Part shown: positions 9,801-19,238 of the stretch, piece after piece
Numbering within the stretch: the stretch's first letter is position 1
How the letters are laid out: each line of letters opens with the position of its first letter
Origin: an uncultured Rickettsiaceae bacterium
GTDB taxonomy: Bacteria; Pseudomonadota; Alphaproteobacteria; Rickettsiales; Rickettsiaceae
Length of the DNA stretch: 59,123 nucleotides
Direction of reading: 5' to 3'
Assembly: GCA_964436105.1 (NCBI GenBank)
Contig: CAYTBU010000001.1
Coordinates: 1-59,123 of the forward strand
Made by a program: the position numbers and the translations under genes
The notes under the pieces: generated by a model
What the model saw: only the letters and a program-made list of their open reading frames with translations
Told to the model about the DNA's origin: nothing
Database searches by the model: none

Positions 9801-11933
9801 ATGCGGCAGCTATGCAACTTAATTATACTGCTATTATGCTGCTTTAATGCCCTAGCTAGTAGCCCTAGTATAAATTCAGAACATTTTTTATCTGCGGATA
9901 CTATCACTTATGATAGTGAGATGAAATATATTAACGCCCAAGGTCATGTTATTGTAATGGCGCAGGGGTATATAGTGACTGCAGATAATATGTTTTATGA
10001 TATTAATAAGGATGAATTATGGGCGCGTGGTAATGTTAGGGTAAAATCTGATAAGAAGGGCAAGGATCATTTCCAGATTGATGGTGATAGTGTGTTTTTT
10101 AAAAATAAATTTAAGGAAGGAGTAATAAAATATTTTGTTTTATATTTCGGCGATAATTCACTGCTTGCCGCAACTCTTGCTAAAAGGATTGATGAGAAAC
10201 ATAGTGCATTAATTAAAGCACAATATACAGCTTGTAAAATTTGTGGAAAATATCCGATGTGGTCGGTATCGGCTGCTAAAAGCAATATTGATTTAGAAAA
10301 AGAAAAAGTAAGCTACCACAATGCTTTTTTTAATATTTATGGAGTTCCGGTATTCTATGCTCCATATTTTGTGCATCCTACTCCTAATGCTAAAGCGCAA
10401 TCAGGACTTCTTTTGCCTAATTACAATAAATCCGGCTTAGGAGTCCCTATATATTATCGTCCTAAAGAAAATTTAGATATTACTTTTACTCCGCGTTTAA
10501 AGAATAGTGATGCTTTGCTGGAAGCGGATGTTAGATATTTAACAAGCCAAGGTACTTATAATATAAACAGTAGCTTTACTAATACCAAATTAGTTAAAAA
10601 GTCTGATGGTGGCATAATAAAAGATAACAGATTAAATAGATATTATGTGAATTTTGATGGGGATGTAAAAGACAAAGAATTTAATTACAAAGTGAAATTT
10701 AATCGTGCTTCTGACTCGGCTTATTTGAAGCAATTTTATAATAAGAACGACCCGTATTTAAAATCCTATTTATATGCTGATAAAGTTAATCGGGCTAATT
10801 TTGTTTCAGTAGAAAGCTTATATTTGCAAGATCTAAGACAGGATAATGTGACAAATGTTGATGCATTTGTTTTGCCAGAAATCAGGGTTAAGCATGTTAC
10901 TCCAATATTGAGTGATGATACTTTTATTACTATTGAAAATAATAATATGAATTATGTAGAAGGTTCTAATTATAAAGTCTCGCGCAATGCTTTATCGATG
11001 TCTCTTACTCATATGCTTAAGACTGATAATGGTCATTTATTTAATATCGCTGGTTATAACAGGCTTGATTGGTATCACGTTGACATCACTAGATCTAATG
11101 CGCTTACTCAAAATAAAACCATAGTTAGGGCAATACCAGAAATGCATTTAGGGTGGCAATATCCTTTGGTCAAAACATATTTGAATAATAATATTACTAT
11201 TTTGGAGCCTGAAGTTTTATTCGTTGCTGGTAAGAATAAAAGCGAGCAAAATCTTAAATTTGCTTATGTTGATTCTGGCTCATACAACTTAACTGAAGAG
11301 AATTTATTTAATGCCAACCATTATAATGGCGTTGATTTTCATGAATATGGCCCGCGCGTTAGCTATGGCTTTAAGTCATCGCACAATACTACATCTGGTT
11401 ATGTATTTAAGGCGTTTTTAGGGCGGCTTAAGCATTTTAAATCAACGGGGGTGTTAGATAATCGAGCTAATCTTTTGACGGGGGCATCAATAAATTATCA
11501 AAATCTTATAGAATTATATTATAATTCAAGGGTGAATTCTTTGGTCCGATCGCCGTTTCGTGAAGAGATAGGCGCATGGTATAATAATCAAATTATTTAC
11601 CTGAATGTAGGATTGATCAAGATTAAGCCAATGCAGTTTTTGCTATATCCAAATAACCAAATTGTCACTAATGATGGTATGAGGCAAATATATTTTGATA
11701 CGAAATATAAGTTTAATGAAAATTGGTCCGTTGGTACTGATGCGCGGTTCAATTTAGTTGCTCATGCTAAAATATCGGCGATCTCTCGCAATATAAAGAT
11801 GACATATGAGGGCGATTGTGTTAAAATTGACTTGCGTTTTGGTAGGAATTATACCGTTGATCCTAGTCGTGGTATTTATAAAACGAATGATAATGAATTT
11901 TCTATTAGTTTGAAAACTTTAGGTGGTTTTTAG
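9801..11933 (+). CDS. lptD: LPS-assembly outer-membrane protein LptD (OstA/Imp)
   Basis: 710 aa with a signal peptide, an OstA-like N-terminal domain and a long beta-barrel-like Y/N/F-rich C-terminal part. Conserved position upstream of the surA-like gene and rsmA. Confidence 0.82.
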   Translation: MRQLCNLIILLLCCFNALASSPSINSEHFLSADTITYDSEMKYINAQGHVIVMAQGYIVTADNMFYDINKDELWARGNVRVKSDKKGKDHFQIDGDSVFFKNKFKEGVIKYFVLYFGDNSLLAATLAKRIDEKHSALIKAQYTACKICGKYPMWSVSAAKSNIDLEKEKVSYHNAFFNIYGVPVFYAPYFVHPTPNAKAQSGLLLPNYNKSGLGVPIYYRPKENLDITFTPRLKNSDALLEADVRYLTSQGTYNINSSFTNTKLVKKSDGGIIKDNRLNRYYVNFDGDVKDKEFNYKVKFNRASDSAYLKQFYNKNDPYLKSYLYADKVNRANFVSVESLYLQDLRQDNVTNVDAFVLPEIRVKHVTPILSDDTFITIENNNMNYVEGSNYKVSRNALSMSLTHMLKTDNGHLFNIAGYNRLDWYHVDITRSNALTQNKTIVRAIPEMHLGWQYPLVKTYLNNNITILEPEVLFVAGKNKSEQNLKFAYVDSGSYNLTEENLFNANHYNGVDFHEYGPRVSYGFKSSHNTTSGYVFKAFLGRLKHFKSTGVLDNRANLLTGASINYQNLIELYYNSRVNSLVRSPFREEIGAWYNNQIIYLNVGLIKIKPMQFLLYPNNQIVTNDGMRQIYFDTKYKFNENWSVGTDARFNLVAHAKISAISRNIKMTYEGDCVKIDLRFGRNYTVDPSRGIYKTNDNEFSISLKTLGGF

Positions 11934-11955
11934 TTATTTTAAAAGGTTTAATTTT

Positions 11956-12840
11956 ATGAAAAATTATATTATATTACTTCTTTTGTTTGTTTCTGTACAA
12001 GCTGTTGCTGATGTACAAAAGATTGTTGCGATTGTTAATGATGATCCGATTACGCAAATTGAGCTTGATGAGCGCACGAAGTTAATTGCTTTTTTCTCTA
12101 ACGTGAGCCCTGAGGATTATAATCAGAGAGCAATGATTAAAAAAATTGCTATAGAAAATTTGATTGATGAGCAATTGTTAAGTCAGCAGGAAAAAGCGCT
12201 TGGTGTTAAAGTTGATGATACTGCTATTGATAATGGTATTTCGAATATAGAAGAAAATAATAAGATGCCAAAGGGGCAGCTTGCTCTGATGTTAAGGGAG
12301 CAAAATATTAGTTATTCTTCTTTTAGAACAAAAGTAAAAAATGATATTTTAAAATTTCGTCTTGCTTCCGAAGTGTTCGCTCAGGATGTGAATATTAATA
12401 ATAATGATTTAGAAACGATCGCCTTGAATCAGAAGGTAAAAGATGTAGATTTAATGTTGAAAGTTTTGACCACGAAAGATCTTAGCCAGAAGTCTTATAA
12501 TAATATGCTAGGCATTAGTAAAAAGCTAAAAAATTGTAAAAAACTTCAAAAGACTAGTTATAAGGCGGTTGCTACTTTAGACGTGGTGGAGAGCAAATTC
12601 AGTAAGCTTGATGCGCAAACTAAAAATATTGTAAGCGCTTTAAAAGTAAATGCTAATAGTGGCGTGGTTAAAATCGGCGATGAATTTAAAATTATTATGG
12701 TTTGCGGCAGAAAGGTTGATAATTTAAGTGAAAAAGAAAGTAATTATTTTACTAATGTTCTTACTAATAAAAAGTTAGGGTTAAAGCTAAAAAAATATCA
12801 AGAAGATTTGCGCAAGAAAGCCTATATTAAGATATTATAA
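11956..12840 (+). CDS. SurA-like periplasmic chaperone (SurA N-terminal domain; no obvious parvulin signature)
   Basis: Same frame as track ORF 11923..12840. ATG at 11956 gives a signal peptide, MKNYIILLLLFVSVQAVA. IVAIVNDDPITQIELDER is typical of the SurA N-terminus. The lptD-surA-rsmA gene order supports the call. Confidence 0.6.
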   Translation: MKNYIILLLLFVSVQAVADVQKIVAIVNDDPITQIELDERTKLIAFFSNVSPEDYNQRAMIKKIAIENLIDEQLLSQQEKALGVKVDDTAIDNGISNIEENNKMPKGQLALMLREQNISYSSFRTKVKNDILKFRLASEVFAQDVNINNNDLETIALNQKVKDVDLMLKVLTTKDLSQKSYNNMLGISKKLKNCKKLQKTSYKAVATLDVVESKFSKLDAQTKNIVSALKVNANSGVVKIGDEFKIIMVCGRKVDNLSEKESNYFTNVLTNKKLGLKLKKYQEDLRKKAYIKIL

Positions 12841-12848
12841 TCCGTATT

Positions 12849-13649
12849 ATGACCTTACCAACCATCGCTGCTCATGCTCGCGCTCATGGTATTAGTCCGC
12901 AAAAAAAGTTGGGGCAGAATTTTATCTTTGACCTTACTCTGTGCGATAGAATAGTGCGTACTATTCCTTCGATTGCTGGCAAAGAAGTATTAGAAATAGG
13001 GCCAGGGCCTGGCGGGCTTACCAGGGCAATCCTCGCACAAAATCCTAGTAAACTTACTGTTATTGAAAAAGATCCTAGATGTTTAGATCTTCTTTTGGAT
13101 TTAAAAAAATATCATCCTAATTTAGAAATTATCTCTGCTGATGCGCTCAAAATCAAGATATCAGATTTAACTAATTCTAAATTATGTATCATTTCTAATT
13201 TACCCTATAATATCGGTACTGAATTATTGTTTAGGTGGCTTGAATATCCGGAATTAATTGAGTCCATGACTTTAATGCTGCAAAAAGAAGTGGTTGATAG
13301 AATTTGCTCAAAAATCTCCTTAAAGTCTTATGGCAAACTCTCGATAATGTGCCAAGTTTTGGCTGAGGTCAAAAAGGAATTTGATGTGTCACCTGGGGCG
13401 TTTTATCCTCCGCCCAAAGTACATTCTGCGATCGTTAATCTCTTCCCTAAACAATCTCTAGATATTACAATGGTTTCTAAACTTAGGGAGCTTACTCATA
13501 CGGCTTTTATGTTCCGTAGAAAGATGCTGAAAAAAGCTCTGCCCATTGTGCCGGAAGAATTGTTTAAAGAATTAGGCATAGATCCGCAAAGTAGGCCGGA
13601 AGAATTACCGCCAGAAACTTATGTTGCTTTAGCAAAGAGGTTGATATGA
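12849..13649 (+). CDS. rsmA: 16S rRNA (adenine1518/1519-N6)-dimethyltransferase
   Basis: 266 aa. [18 protein letters not shown] and the NLPYNI motifs. Confidence 0.92.
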   Translation: MTLPTIAAHARAHGISPQKKLGQNFIFDLTLCDRIVRTIPSIAGKEVLEIGPGPGGLTRAILAQNPSKLTVIEKDPRCLDLLLDLKKYHPNLEIISADALKIKISDLTNSKLCIISNLPYNIGTELLFRWLEYPELIESMTLMLQKEVVDRICSKISLKSYGKLSIMCQVLAEVKKEFDVSPGAFYPPPKVHSAIVNLFPKQSLDITMVSKLRELTHTAFMFRRKMLKKALPIVPEELFKELGIDPQSRPEELPPETYVALAKRLI

Positions 13650-14863
13650 GAGAAAAAATCATATTAGCGATAGAATCTAGTTGCGATGATACGGGCGTGG
13701 CGATAATCTCTGCTGATAAAAAGATTTTATCTAATATTGTCATTTCTCAATTAAAAGAGCATGAGCCATATAGCGGCGTGGTTCCAGAGATTGCAGCGCG
13801 AAGTCATATGCTTAATTTAAAAACTGCAGTAAAAAAGGCTTTAGAAGAAGCTAGAATGAATATTGCTGATATCGATGCGATTGCAGCAACAACGGGCCCA
13901 GGGTTGATTGGTGGGGTAATAGTGGGGACGATGTTTGCTAAAGGCTTAGCAGCAGCGAATAATAAGCCATTTATTGCCGTAAACCATCTTGAAGGTCACG
14001 CGCTTACTGTGCGTCTTACATCTGATGTTTCTTTTCCATATTTATTGCTGCTTGTTTCTGGTGGGCATTGCCAGTTTCTTAGCGTATTTGGGGTTGGTAA
14101 ATATAAAATCTTAGGGCAAACTTTGGATGATGCGGTAGGCGAAGCTTTTGATAAGATAGCTAAGCTTTTAAAGCTTGGATTTCCCGGTGGTCCTATTATT
14201 GAGAGCCTTGCTAAAGCTGGTGATCCAAAGCGTTACGAATTGCCTTTATCGATGACGACAAGACCAGGATGTGATTTATCTTTTTCTGGCCTTAAAACAG
14301 CGGTAAGGTTGTTGATTGAAAAACAAGAAGTGTTATCGGGGCCAGTGATTAATGATATATGCGCTTCTTTTCAATATACAATAGGTGAGATTTTAGCCCG
14401 TCGTACCATCAATGCTATAGGGATGTTCGATGCATTAGGTGCAACCTTGTTGCATCGAGATCGTCATGGCGAGGAGGTCATCAGACCGACGTGGCCATCC
14501 AGTGAACTTACTAATAAAAATATAGCCCAAAGGGCTATAAATGTAGTCGAGGCGACTACATTGCTGGATTGCCACGGAGCTAACGCTCCTCGCAATGACA
14601 AAAAAATTAACCATGCAACAAAGTCACTAGCAGAAGGTAAGAGTTTGGTGCTTGCTGGTGGCGTGGCTTCGAATCTCTATCTGCGTAGTAGGTTAGAGGA
14701 AGTGGCAAAGGCCCATAATTTATCTTTAGAGGTTCCTCCGGTTAGTTTATGTACAGATAATGCTGCAATGATTGCCTGGGCCGGGCATGAAAGGCTGCGC
14801 CTCGGGTTAACTGATGGGTTAGATACCTGCCCTAAAGCAAGATGGAGCCTCGAGGATCTGTAG
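13646..14863 (+). CDS. tsaD: tRNA N6-adenosine threonylcarbamoyltransferase TsaD, carrying an in-frame RPE insertion
   Basis: 405 aa versus about 340 typical. Has [31 protein letters not shown] and the [12 protein letters not shown] blocks. The extra 46 codons at 14462..14599 are a family A repeat. ATGA overlap with rsmA. Confidence 0.9.
   Translation: MREKIILAIESSCDDTGVAIISADKKILSNIVISQLKEHEPYSGVVPEIAARSHMLNLKTAVKKALEEARMNIADIDAIAATTGPGLIGGVIVGTMFAKGLAAANNKPFIAVNHLEGHALTVRLTSDVSFPYLLLLVSGGHCQFLSVFGVGKYKILGQTLDDAVGEAFDKIAKLLKLGFPGGPIIESLAKAGDPKRYELPLSMTTRPGCDLSFSGLKTAVRLLIEKQEVLSGPVINDICASFQYTIGEILARRTINAIGMFDALGATLLHRDRHGEEVIRPTWPSSELTNKNIAQRAINVVEATTLLDCHGANAPRNDKKINHATKSLAEGKSLVLAGGVASNLYLRSRLEEVAKAHNLSLEVPPVSLCTDNAAMIAWAGHERLRLGLTDGLDTCPKARWSLEDL
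14462..14599. repeat. RPE-like repeat, family A, inserted in frame within tsaD (138 bp = 46 codons)
   Basis: CGTCATGGCGAGGAGGTCATCAGACCGACGTGGCCATCCAG ... CTGGATTGCCACGGAGCTAACGCTCCTCGCAATGAC. Near-identical arms to the intergenic copy at 19038..19172. Confidence 0.9.
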
Positions 14864-14936
14864 TTCTAAGTAATAAAGTTCTTTAGAAATGATTGATATT
14901 GGAGTATTATATAGGTCATGTCTAAAATGGTATTAT

Positions 14937-15530
14937 ATGTCTGTACAATTGATTGAACTAATATTTTTTGCTGCGATTGCTTTTTTTTTATTCAATAAAT
15001 TAATATCGATCCTGGGTAATACTAATGAAAACGATGGTCAGGCGCAAGATCGTTCATTTTTTGGTGAGGTGACGGGCTTAAAGGATGTTACAGAAAAGCC
15101 AGTGAATCTAAAATTAGTTAAAAAAGATGATTTCGCAGAGATTGTTAGTGATGAGAATTTAAAAGCAGTATTGCAAAATCTTGAAGTTGTCAGTCAAAGA
15201 ATTGCTAACTTTAATATAGAGAAATTTGTGGTGGGATCCAAAGCTGCATTTGCTATGCTCATTGAGGCTGCTGCGAGTAATGATTCAGATACTATTAGTT
15301 CGCTGGTAGATAAGAGATTTACCCAGCAATTCCAAGATAATGTTAGTCGGTATAAGGATGTCGCGCCTGATAATATTGATGCTAAAATTTTAGAATTATA
15401 TATGTTTGGCAATAATGCTTTTATCAAGCTTCTTTTTAGTAAGGAGTCTTTTAAAGAAGAATGGACCTTTACTAAAAATACGAATGATCGAAGCCTTAAT
15501 TGGTTTGTAAGTAATATTGACGTAGCGTAA
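14937..15530 (+). CDS. Tim44-like domain membrane protein
   Basis: Same frame as track ORF 14889..15530. ATG at 14937 gives an N-terminal TM helix (LIELIFFAAIAFFLFNKLISIL) followed by a roughly 150 aa domain that resembles alphaproteobacterial Tim44-like proteins. Confidence 0.55.
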   Translation: MSVQLIELIFFAAIAFFLFNKLISILGNTNENDGQAQDRSFFGEVTGLKDVTEKPVNLKLVKKDDFAEIVSDENLKAVLQNLEVVSQRIANFNIEKFVVGSKAAFAMLIEAAASNDSDTISSLVDKRFTQQFQDNVSRYKDVAPDNIDAKILELYMFGNNAFIKLLFSKESFKEEWTFTKNTNDRSLNWFVSNIDVA

Positions 15531-15533
15531 GTG

Positions 15534-16427
15534 ATGAATGATATAAAACCGGAAAAACTTCCTCGCCCAGATTGGATTAGGGTGAAAGCACCAAATTCTC
15601 CTGTTTACCTAGAGACTAAGGATATAGCAAGAAGCTATAAATTAAATACTGTATGTGAAGAAGCAGCTTGCCCAAATATTGGTGAATGCTGGTCGCAGAA
15701 GCATGCGACGATGATTATTCTTGGATCTGTCTGTACTAGGGCTTGCGCTTTTTGTAATATCAAAACTGGTCGCCCTGATCTGCTGGATCCGCATGAGCCA
15801 GAACGGCTCGCAGAAGCCGTACATAAGCTTGGTTTAAAGCATGTGGTGATTACATCGGTTGATAGGGATGATTTAGATGATGGTGGGGCAAGTCATTTTG
15901 CTCGCTGTATCGAGAATATTCGCCTTACATCTCCTTCTACTACTATTGAAGTTTTAACCCCAGATTTCTTGCGCAAAGAGGGCGCTTATAAGATAGTGGT
16001 TAATGCTCGTCCTGATGTGTATAATCATAATATTGAAACCGTACCATCGCTTTATAAAACTATAAGGCCAGGAGCGCGTTATTTTAACTCGCTGAATTTG
16101 CTTCATGATGTTAAGAAGCGGGATCCTAGCATTTTTACAAAATCAGGTTTGATGCTTGGTCTTGGCGAGACTAATGATGAAGTGATTCAGGTAATGGAAG
16201 ATTTAAGAGCTGCAGAAGTTGATTTTATTACGATTGGGCAATATCTGCAACCTACGGAAAAACATGCAAAGTTGAAGCGTTATGTATCCCCTGAAGAGTT
16301 CGAATATTTAGGTAGGGTTGCAAAAACCAAGGGATTTTTGATGGTTTCTTCTAGCCCGCTTACTCGGTCATCTTATCATGCAGGCGATGATTTTATTAAA
16401 TTGCAGGAAGCTAGAAAATGGTCATGA
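15534..16427 (+). CDS. lipA: Lipoyl synthase (radical SAM)
   Basis: [12 protein letters not shown] and the CTRACAFC cysteine clusters. I prefer the ATG at 15534 over the GTG at 15531. The last sense codon and the TGA stop (GTCATGACG, 16421-16429) lie inside the repeat terminus. Confidence 0.93.
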   Translation: MNDIKPEKLPRPDWIRVKAPNSPVYLETKDIARSYKLNTVCEEAACPNIGECWSQKHATMIILGSVCTRACAFCNIKTGRPDLLDPHEPERLAEAVHKLGLKHVVITSVDRDDLDDGGASHFARCIENIRLTSPSTTIEVLTPDFLRKEGAYKIVVNARPDVYNHNIETVPSLYKTIRPGARYFNSLNLLHDVKKRDPSIFTKSGLMLGLGETNDEVIQVMEDLRAAEVDFITIGQYLQPTEKHAKLKRYVSPEEFEYLGRVAKTKGFLMVSSSPLTRSSYHAGDDFIKLQEARKWS

Positions 16428-16658
16428 CGCCTGTCCGCCGAAGCTCTAAAGGAGAGAAGGCTGGAAGGCGCGCATATGCCGTGGTCATCGAGTTTATTAT
16501 TTTGCCCCGTCATCATGAGCGAACGTTCAGTTCGCGTAATGCGCCAGTTTATTGATTATTTTTCGCTACGCGCTCGCAGGGTCTGGATAGCGACGCTTCT
16601 CTAGTGATGGCAAAGAATGGATTGCCGCGGCGGCCTTTATGGTCTCTTCGCAATGACG
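16421..16658. repeat. Composite or nested RPE-like cluster (family A outer arms with a family B element at ~16505..16611, plus a small inner palindrome)
   Basis: Outer arms GTCATGACG...CCGTGGTCATCG and GGATTGCCGCGGCGG...CTCTTCGCAATGACG. Inner element CCCCGTCATCATGAGCGAACGTTCAGTTCGCGTAATG..., which also occurs at 28616..28710. Confidence 0.75.
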
Positions 16659-16691
16659 TTAATAAAACTTGATATAATAAAGGAGAAGATT

Positions 16692-17525
16692 ATGACAGAA
16701 AGAAAATTAGCATCAGATTGGTTTAGAGAGTTACGTGATAATTTATGTAATGCTTTTGAGCAAATTGAAGTAGATTATGCAAAAGCTCATAATCTTATTC
16801 CTGGAAAATTTGTGCGCACATGCTGGAACCGTGAAGAAGGTGGCGGGGGAGAAATGTCTGTGATGAGGGGCAATGTATTTGAAAAAGTTGGGGTTAATAT
16901 TTCGACTGTGTCAGGAAAATTTTCATCCGTAATACAAAAAGAAATTCCAGGTGCTGCTGAAGATCCATCATTCTTTGCTACTGGCGTTTCTTTGGTTTCT
17001 CATATGCATTCTCCCCATGTGCCAGCAGCGCACTTTAATACGCGCTATATTGAGACCACAAAAAGTTGGTTTGGTGGTGGTGGTGATATGACTCCTCTAT
17101 ATCCTGACGTAGATGATACTCAGAAATTTCACGCTGCTTTTAAGGCTGCTTGTGATAAATATGACGCAAGTTATTATCCGAAGTTCAAAGCTTGGTGTGA
17201 TGAATATTTCTTCTTGCCTCATCGCCAGGAACCAAGAGGTGTTGGGGGTATTTTTTATGATTATATAAATAGTGGTGATTTTAAGAATGATTTTTCTTTA
17301 ACGCAGGATGTTGGCAGAGCTTTTTTAGCCGTTTATCCGGAAATTATTAGAGGTAAAAAAGACCTTGCATGGACTGCAGAACAAAGGATTGAGCTGCTTA
17401 TCAAACGTGGAAGATATGTGGAGTTTAACCTCCTTCACGATCGTGGGACAAAGTTTGGCCTAATGACTGGCGGAAATATCGAGGCAATATTAATGTCGAT
17501 GCCTCCAGAAGTAATGTGGCCTTGA
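16692..17525 (+). CDS. hemF: Oxygen-dependent coproporphyrinogen-III oxidase
   Basis: Same frame as track ORF 16617..17525. ATG at 16692 follows AGGAGA. GGGGEMSV, FGGGGDMTP and KRGRYVEFNLLHDRGTKFG blocks. The upstream 75 nt of the ORF is repeat sequence. Confidence 0.9.
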   Translation: MTERKLASDWFRELRDNLCNAFEQIEVDYAKAHNLIPGKFVRTCWNREEGGGGEMSVMRGNVFEKVGVNISTVSGKFSSVIQKEIPGAAEDPSFFATGVSLVSHMHSPHVPAAHFNTRYIETTKSWFGGGGDMTPLYPDVDDTQKFHAAFKAACDKYDASYYPKFKAWCDEYFFLPHRQEPRGVGGIFYDYINSGDFKNDFSLTQDVGRAFLAVYPEIIRGKKDLAWTAEQRIELLIKRGRYVEFNLLHDRGTKFGLMTGGNIEAILMSMPPEVMWP

Positions 17526-17582
17526 TATTATTTTTAATTTTTGTTATTATTACTCTACTATTAATTTTTAAAAGGTTGTCCT

Positions 17583-17885
17583 ATGGAAATGATCGCTATT
17601 CTTTCTGTAATCGCAGTTGGTGGTTACTTCATTTATACTAAAAAAATGTGTTGTAACAAACGATCTGATGACGCGTCATGTTCTGCTCCACAAGCAACGG
17701 AGATGATGACTGCTCTTTCTTCAATGCCAGCAGCGAAGGTCGTGGAAATGCCAGCTATAAAAAAGCCGGCAGCAAAGAAGCCAGCAGCAGCAAAAGCTCC
17801 TGCAAAAAAAGTAACAAAAGCGCCAGCTGTGAAAAAACCAGCGGCTAAGGCTAAAGCACCAAGTGCAACAAAGGCTAAAAAATAG
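17583..17885 (+). CDS. Hypothetical small membrane protein with a Lys/Ala/Pro-rich (histone H1-like) C-terminal tail
   Basis: 100 aa. One N-terminal TM helix (IAILSVIAVGGYFIY), a Cys-rich linker (KKMCCNKRSDDASC), then PAIKKPAAKKPAAAKAPAKKVTKAPAVKKPAAKAKAPSATKAKK. A 303-nt open frame is unusual in AT-rich DNA. Its 3' end overlaps the ccmE start by 23 nt. Confidence 0.55.
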   Translation: MEMIAILSVIAVGGYFIYTKKMCCNKRSDDASCSAPQATEMMTALSSMPAAKVVEMPAIKKPAAKKPAAAKAPAKKVTKAPAVKKPAAKAKAPSATKAKK

Positions 17886-18249
17886 ACTGCTAACTACCTT
17901 TCTGGTAGTTAGCTTGGTTGCTTCGGGCGTGAGCTTATTGCTTTATGCAATGAGGGATAATATTGTATTTTTTTATGCTCCGTCCGAAATTGCAGCTAGT
18001 CATTTAAATCAAGAAATAAGAGTTGGCGGACTTGTGAAGCTAGGCTCAATTAAACAACTCACTCCAGATTCCATTGAATTTACTGTTACTGACCTTAAAA
18101 AAGATCTGATTATATATTATAAAGGAATTGTGCCGATTTTATTCCGGGAAAATCAGGGAATAGTAGCGCAAGGACGTATGGAGAATCATATCTTCATTGC
18201 AAGGCAATTACTCACTAAACATGATGAGAATTATAAGCCCCCGAAATAG
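17863..18249 (+). CDS. ccmE: Cytochrome c-type biogenesis heme chaperone CcmE
   Basis: 128 aa. TM anchor, an OB-fold body and a C-terminal heme-binding HDENY (H-x3-Y). GTG at 17863 is the only start in this frame, because an in-frame TGA sits at 17830. Confidence 0.85.
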   Translation: MQQRLKNRLLTTFLVVSLVASGVSLLLYAMRDNIVFFYAPSEIAASHLNQEIRVGGLVKLGSIKQLTPDSIEFTVTDLKKDLIIYYKGIVPILFRENQGIVAQGRMENHIFIARQLLTKHDENYKPPK

Positions 18250-18445
18250 TCTTTTGAGTTGAACTTACCTCGTTGTTGTTTTGTCATACCCGCGAAAGCG
18301 GGTATACAATCTATTCTAAGTCACCCCGGACTTTATTCACTTCGTGCTCGCAGGGTAAGGATCTAAATATTTCTAGTTTCACGAGATGCTGAATCAAGTT
18401 CAGCATGACTAAGAAGTGGATTCCCGCCTACGCGGGAATGATAAG
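18247..18445. repeat. Composite cluster of short palindromic repeats (family C-like 5' end plus three hairpin modules)
   Basis: TAGTCTTTTGAGTTGAACTTACCTCG matches the 5' end of the copy at 56046. Perfect hairpins ATACCCGC-GAAA-GCGGGTAT, ATGCTGAA-TCAAG-TTCAGCAT and ATTCCCGC-CTAC-GCGGGAAT. The first TAG is the ccmE stop codon. Confidence 0.7.
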
Positions 18446-18460
18446 GCATAATATAGCTAA

Positions 18461-19003
18461 TCACCAATATTTACGGCTGGCTTTGAGGTAAGAATAGCCG
18501 GTGAAGATTGTTAGGGCTGCGGTGATCCATAAGAAAATTTCTCCAAACGAATCCATAGCTTCAATCCCTGAGCCTTTAGAGCCAAGTAGTAAGATTGAGA
18601 GGGCGATGATTTGCATGAAGGTTTTTACTTTTGCAATATTAGATACCGGTACGCTGATTCTCACTTGAGCTAAAAACTCCCTAAGGCCGGCAACGGCAAA
18701 TTCGCGCGCCATGATGAGTAGGCATGGAACTTCTTCGGCCCGATTGAATTTTACTAGCATTATCAGGACACTGCCGACCAGGAGTTTATCGGCTATTGGG
18801 TCAAACATGATGCCAAATTTTGATTGCAGTTTATATTTTCTAGCCAAATAGCCATCAAGAAAATCGGTGATACCAGCTAGGATGAATAATCCACAAGCAA
18901 GTTGGTAAGCAAATACTTTATCCTCAAAATAAAATGTTATAATAATGATTGGGATAATGATTATCCTAAGCATTGTGAGTATATTTGGAATATTTTTATA
19001 CAT
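18461..19003 (-). CDS. pgsA: CDP-diacylglycerol--glycerol-3-phosphate 3-phosphatidyltransferase
   Basis: 180 aa. CDP-alcohol phosphatidyltransferase motif [10 protein letters not shown]...G..FDPIADK. Multi-TM protein. Confidence 0.9.
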   Translation of the reverse strand: MYKNIPNILTMLRIIIIPIIIITFYFEDKVFAYQLACGLFILAGITDFLDGYLARKYKLQSKFGIMFDPIADKLLVGSVLIMLVKFNRAEEVPCLLIMAREFAVAGLREFLAQVRISVPVSNIAKVKTFMQIIALSILLLGSKGSGIEAMDSFGEIFLWITAALTIFTGYSYLKASRKYW

Positions 19004-19037
19004 TTTATATCATTTTTAGCGTTGCCCGCATGAATAC

Positions 19038-19172
19038 CGTCATGGCGAGGAGATCATCAGACCGACGTGGCCATCTAATTAATTTACTTATAACTTATAG
19101 CCCAAAGGTTATAAAGATAGTTATTTTGACTATCTTACTGGATTGCCACGGAGCGTTGCTCCTCGCAATGAC
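19038..19172. repeat. RPE-like repeat, family A
   Basis: CGTCATGGCGAGGAGATCATCAGACCGACGTGGCCATC ... CTGGATTGCCACGGAGCGTTGCTCCTCGCAATGAC. This repeat generates the spurious track ORF 18985..19182. Confidence 0.88.
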
Positions 19173-19238
19173 AAAAAACTAACTATACAACAACATCACC
19201 GTTTTTGGGTAATGACTATCTATCAGCCAAATAAAATA

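Noticed and set aside
16617-16691. 25-codon N-terminal extension of hemF in the ORF track
   Set aside because: The extension is repeat sequence (GGATTGCCGCGGCGG...CGCAATGACG). The conserved HemF sequence starts at the ATG at 16692, which has an AGGAGA RBS.
18985-19182. 65 aa ORF (and similar ORFs at 25328..25531, 28569..28769, 53891..54136 and 54009..54299)
   Set aside because: Each is essentially the translation of an RPE-like repeat (for example ...RRGHL...LLDCHGALLLAMT). They are open only because the palindromes lack stops. They have no RBS, and they sit in intergenic space or overlap the groEL 3' end.
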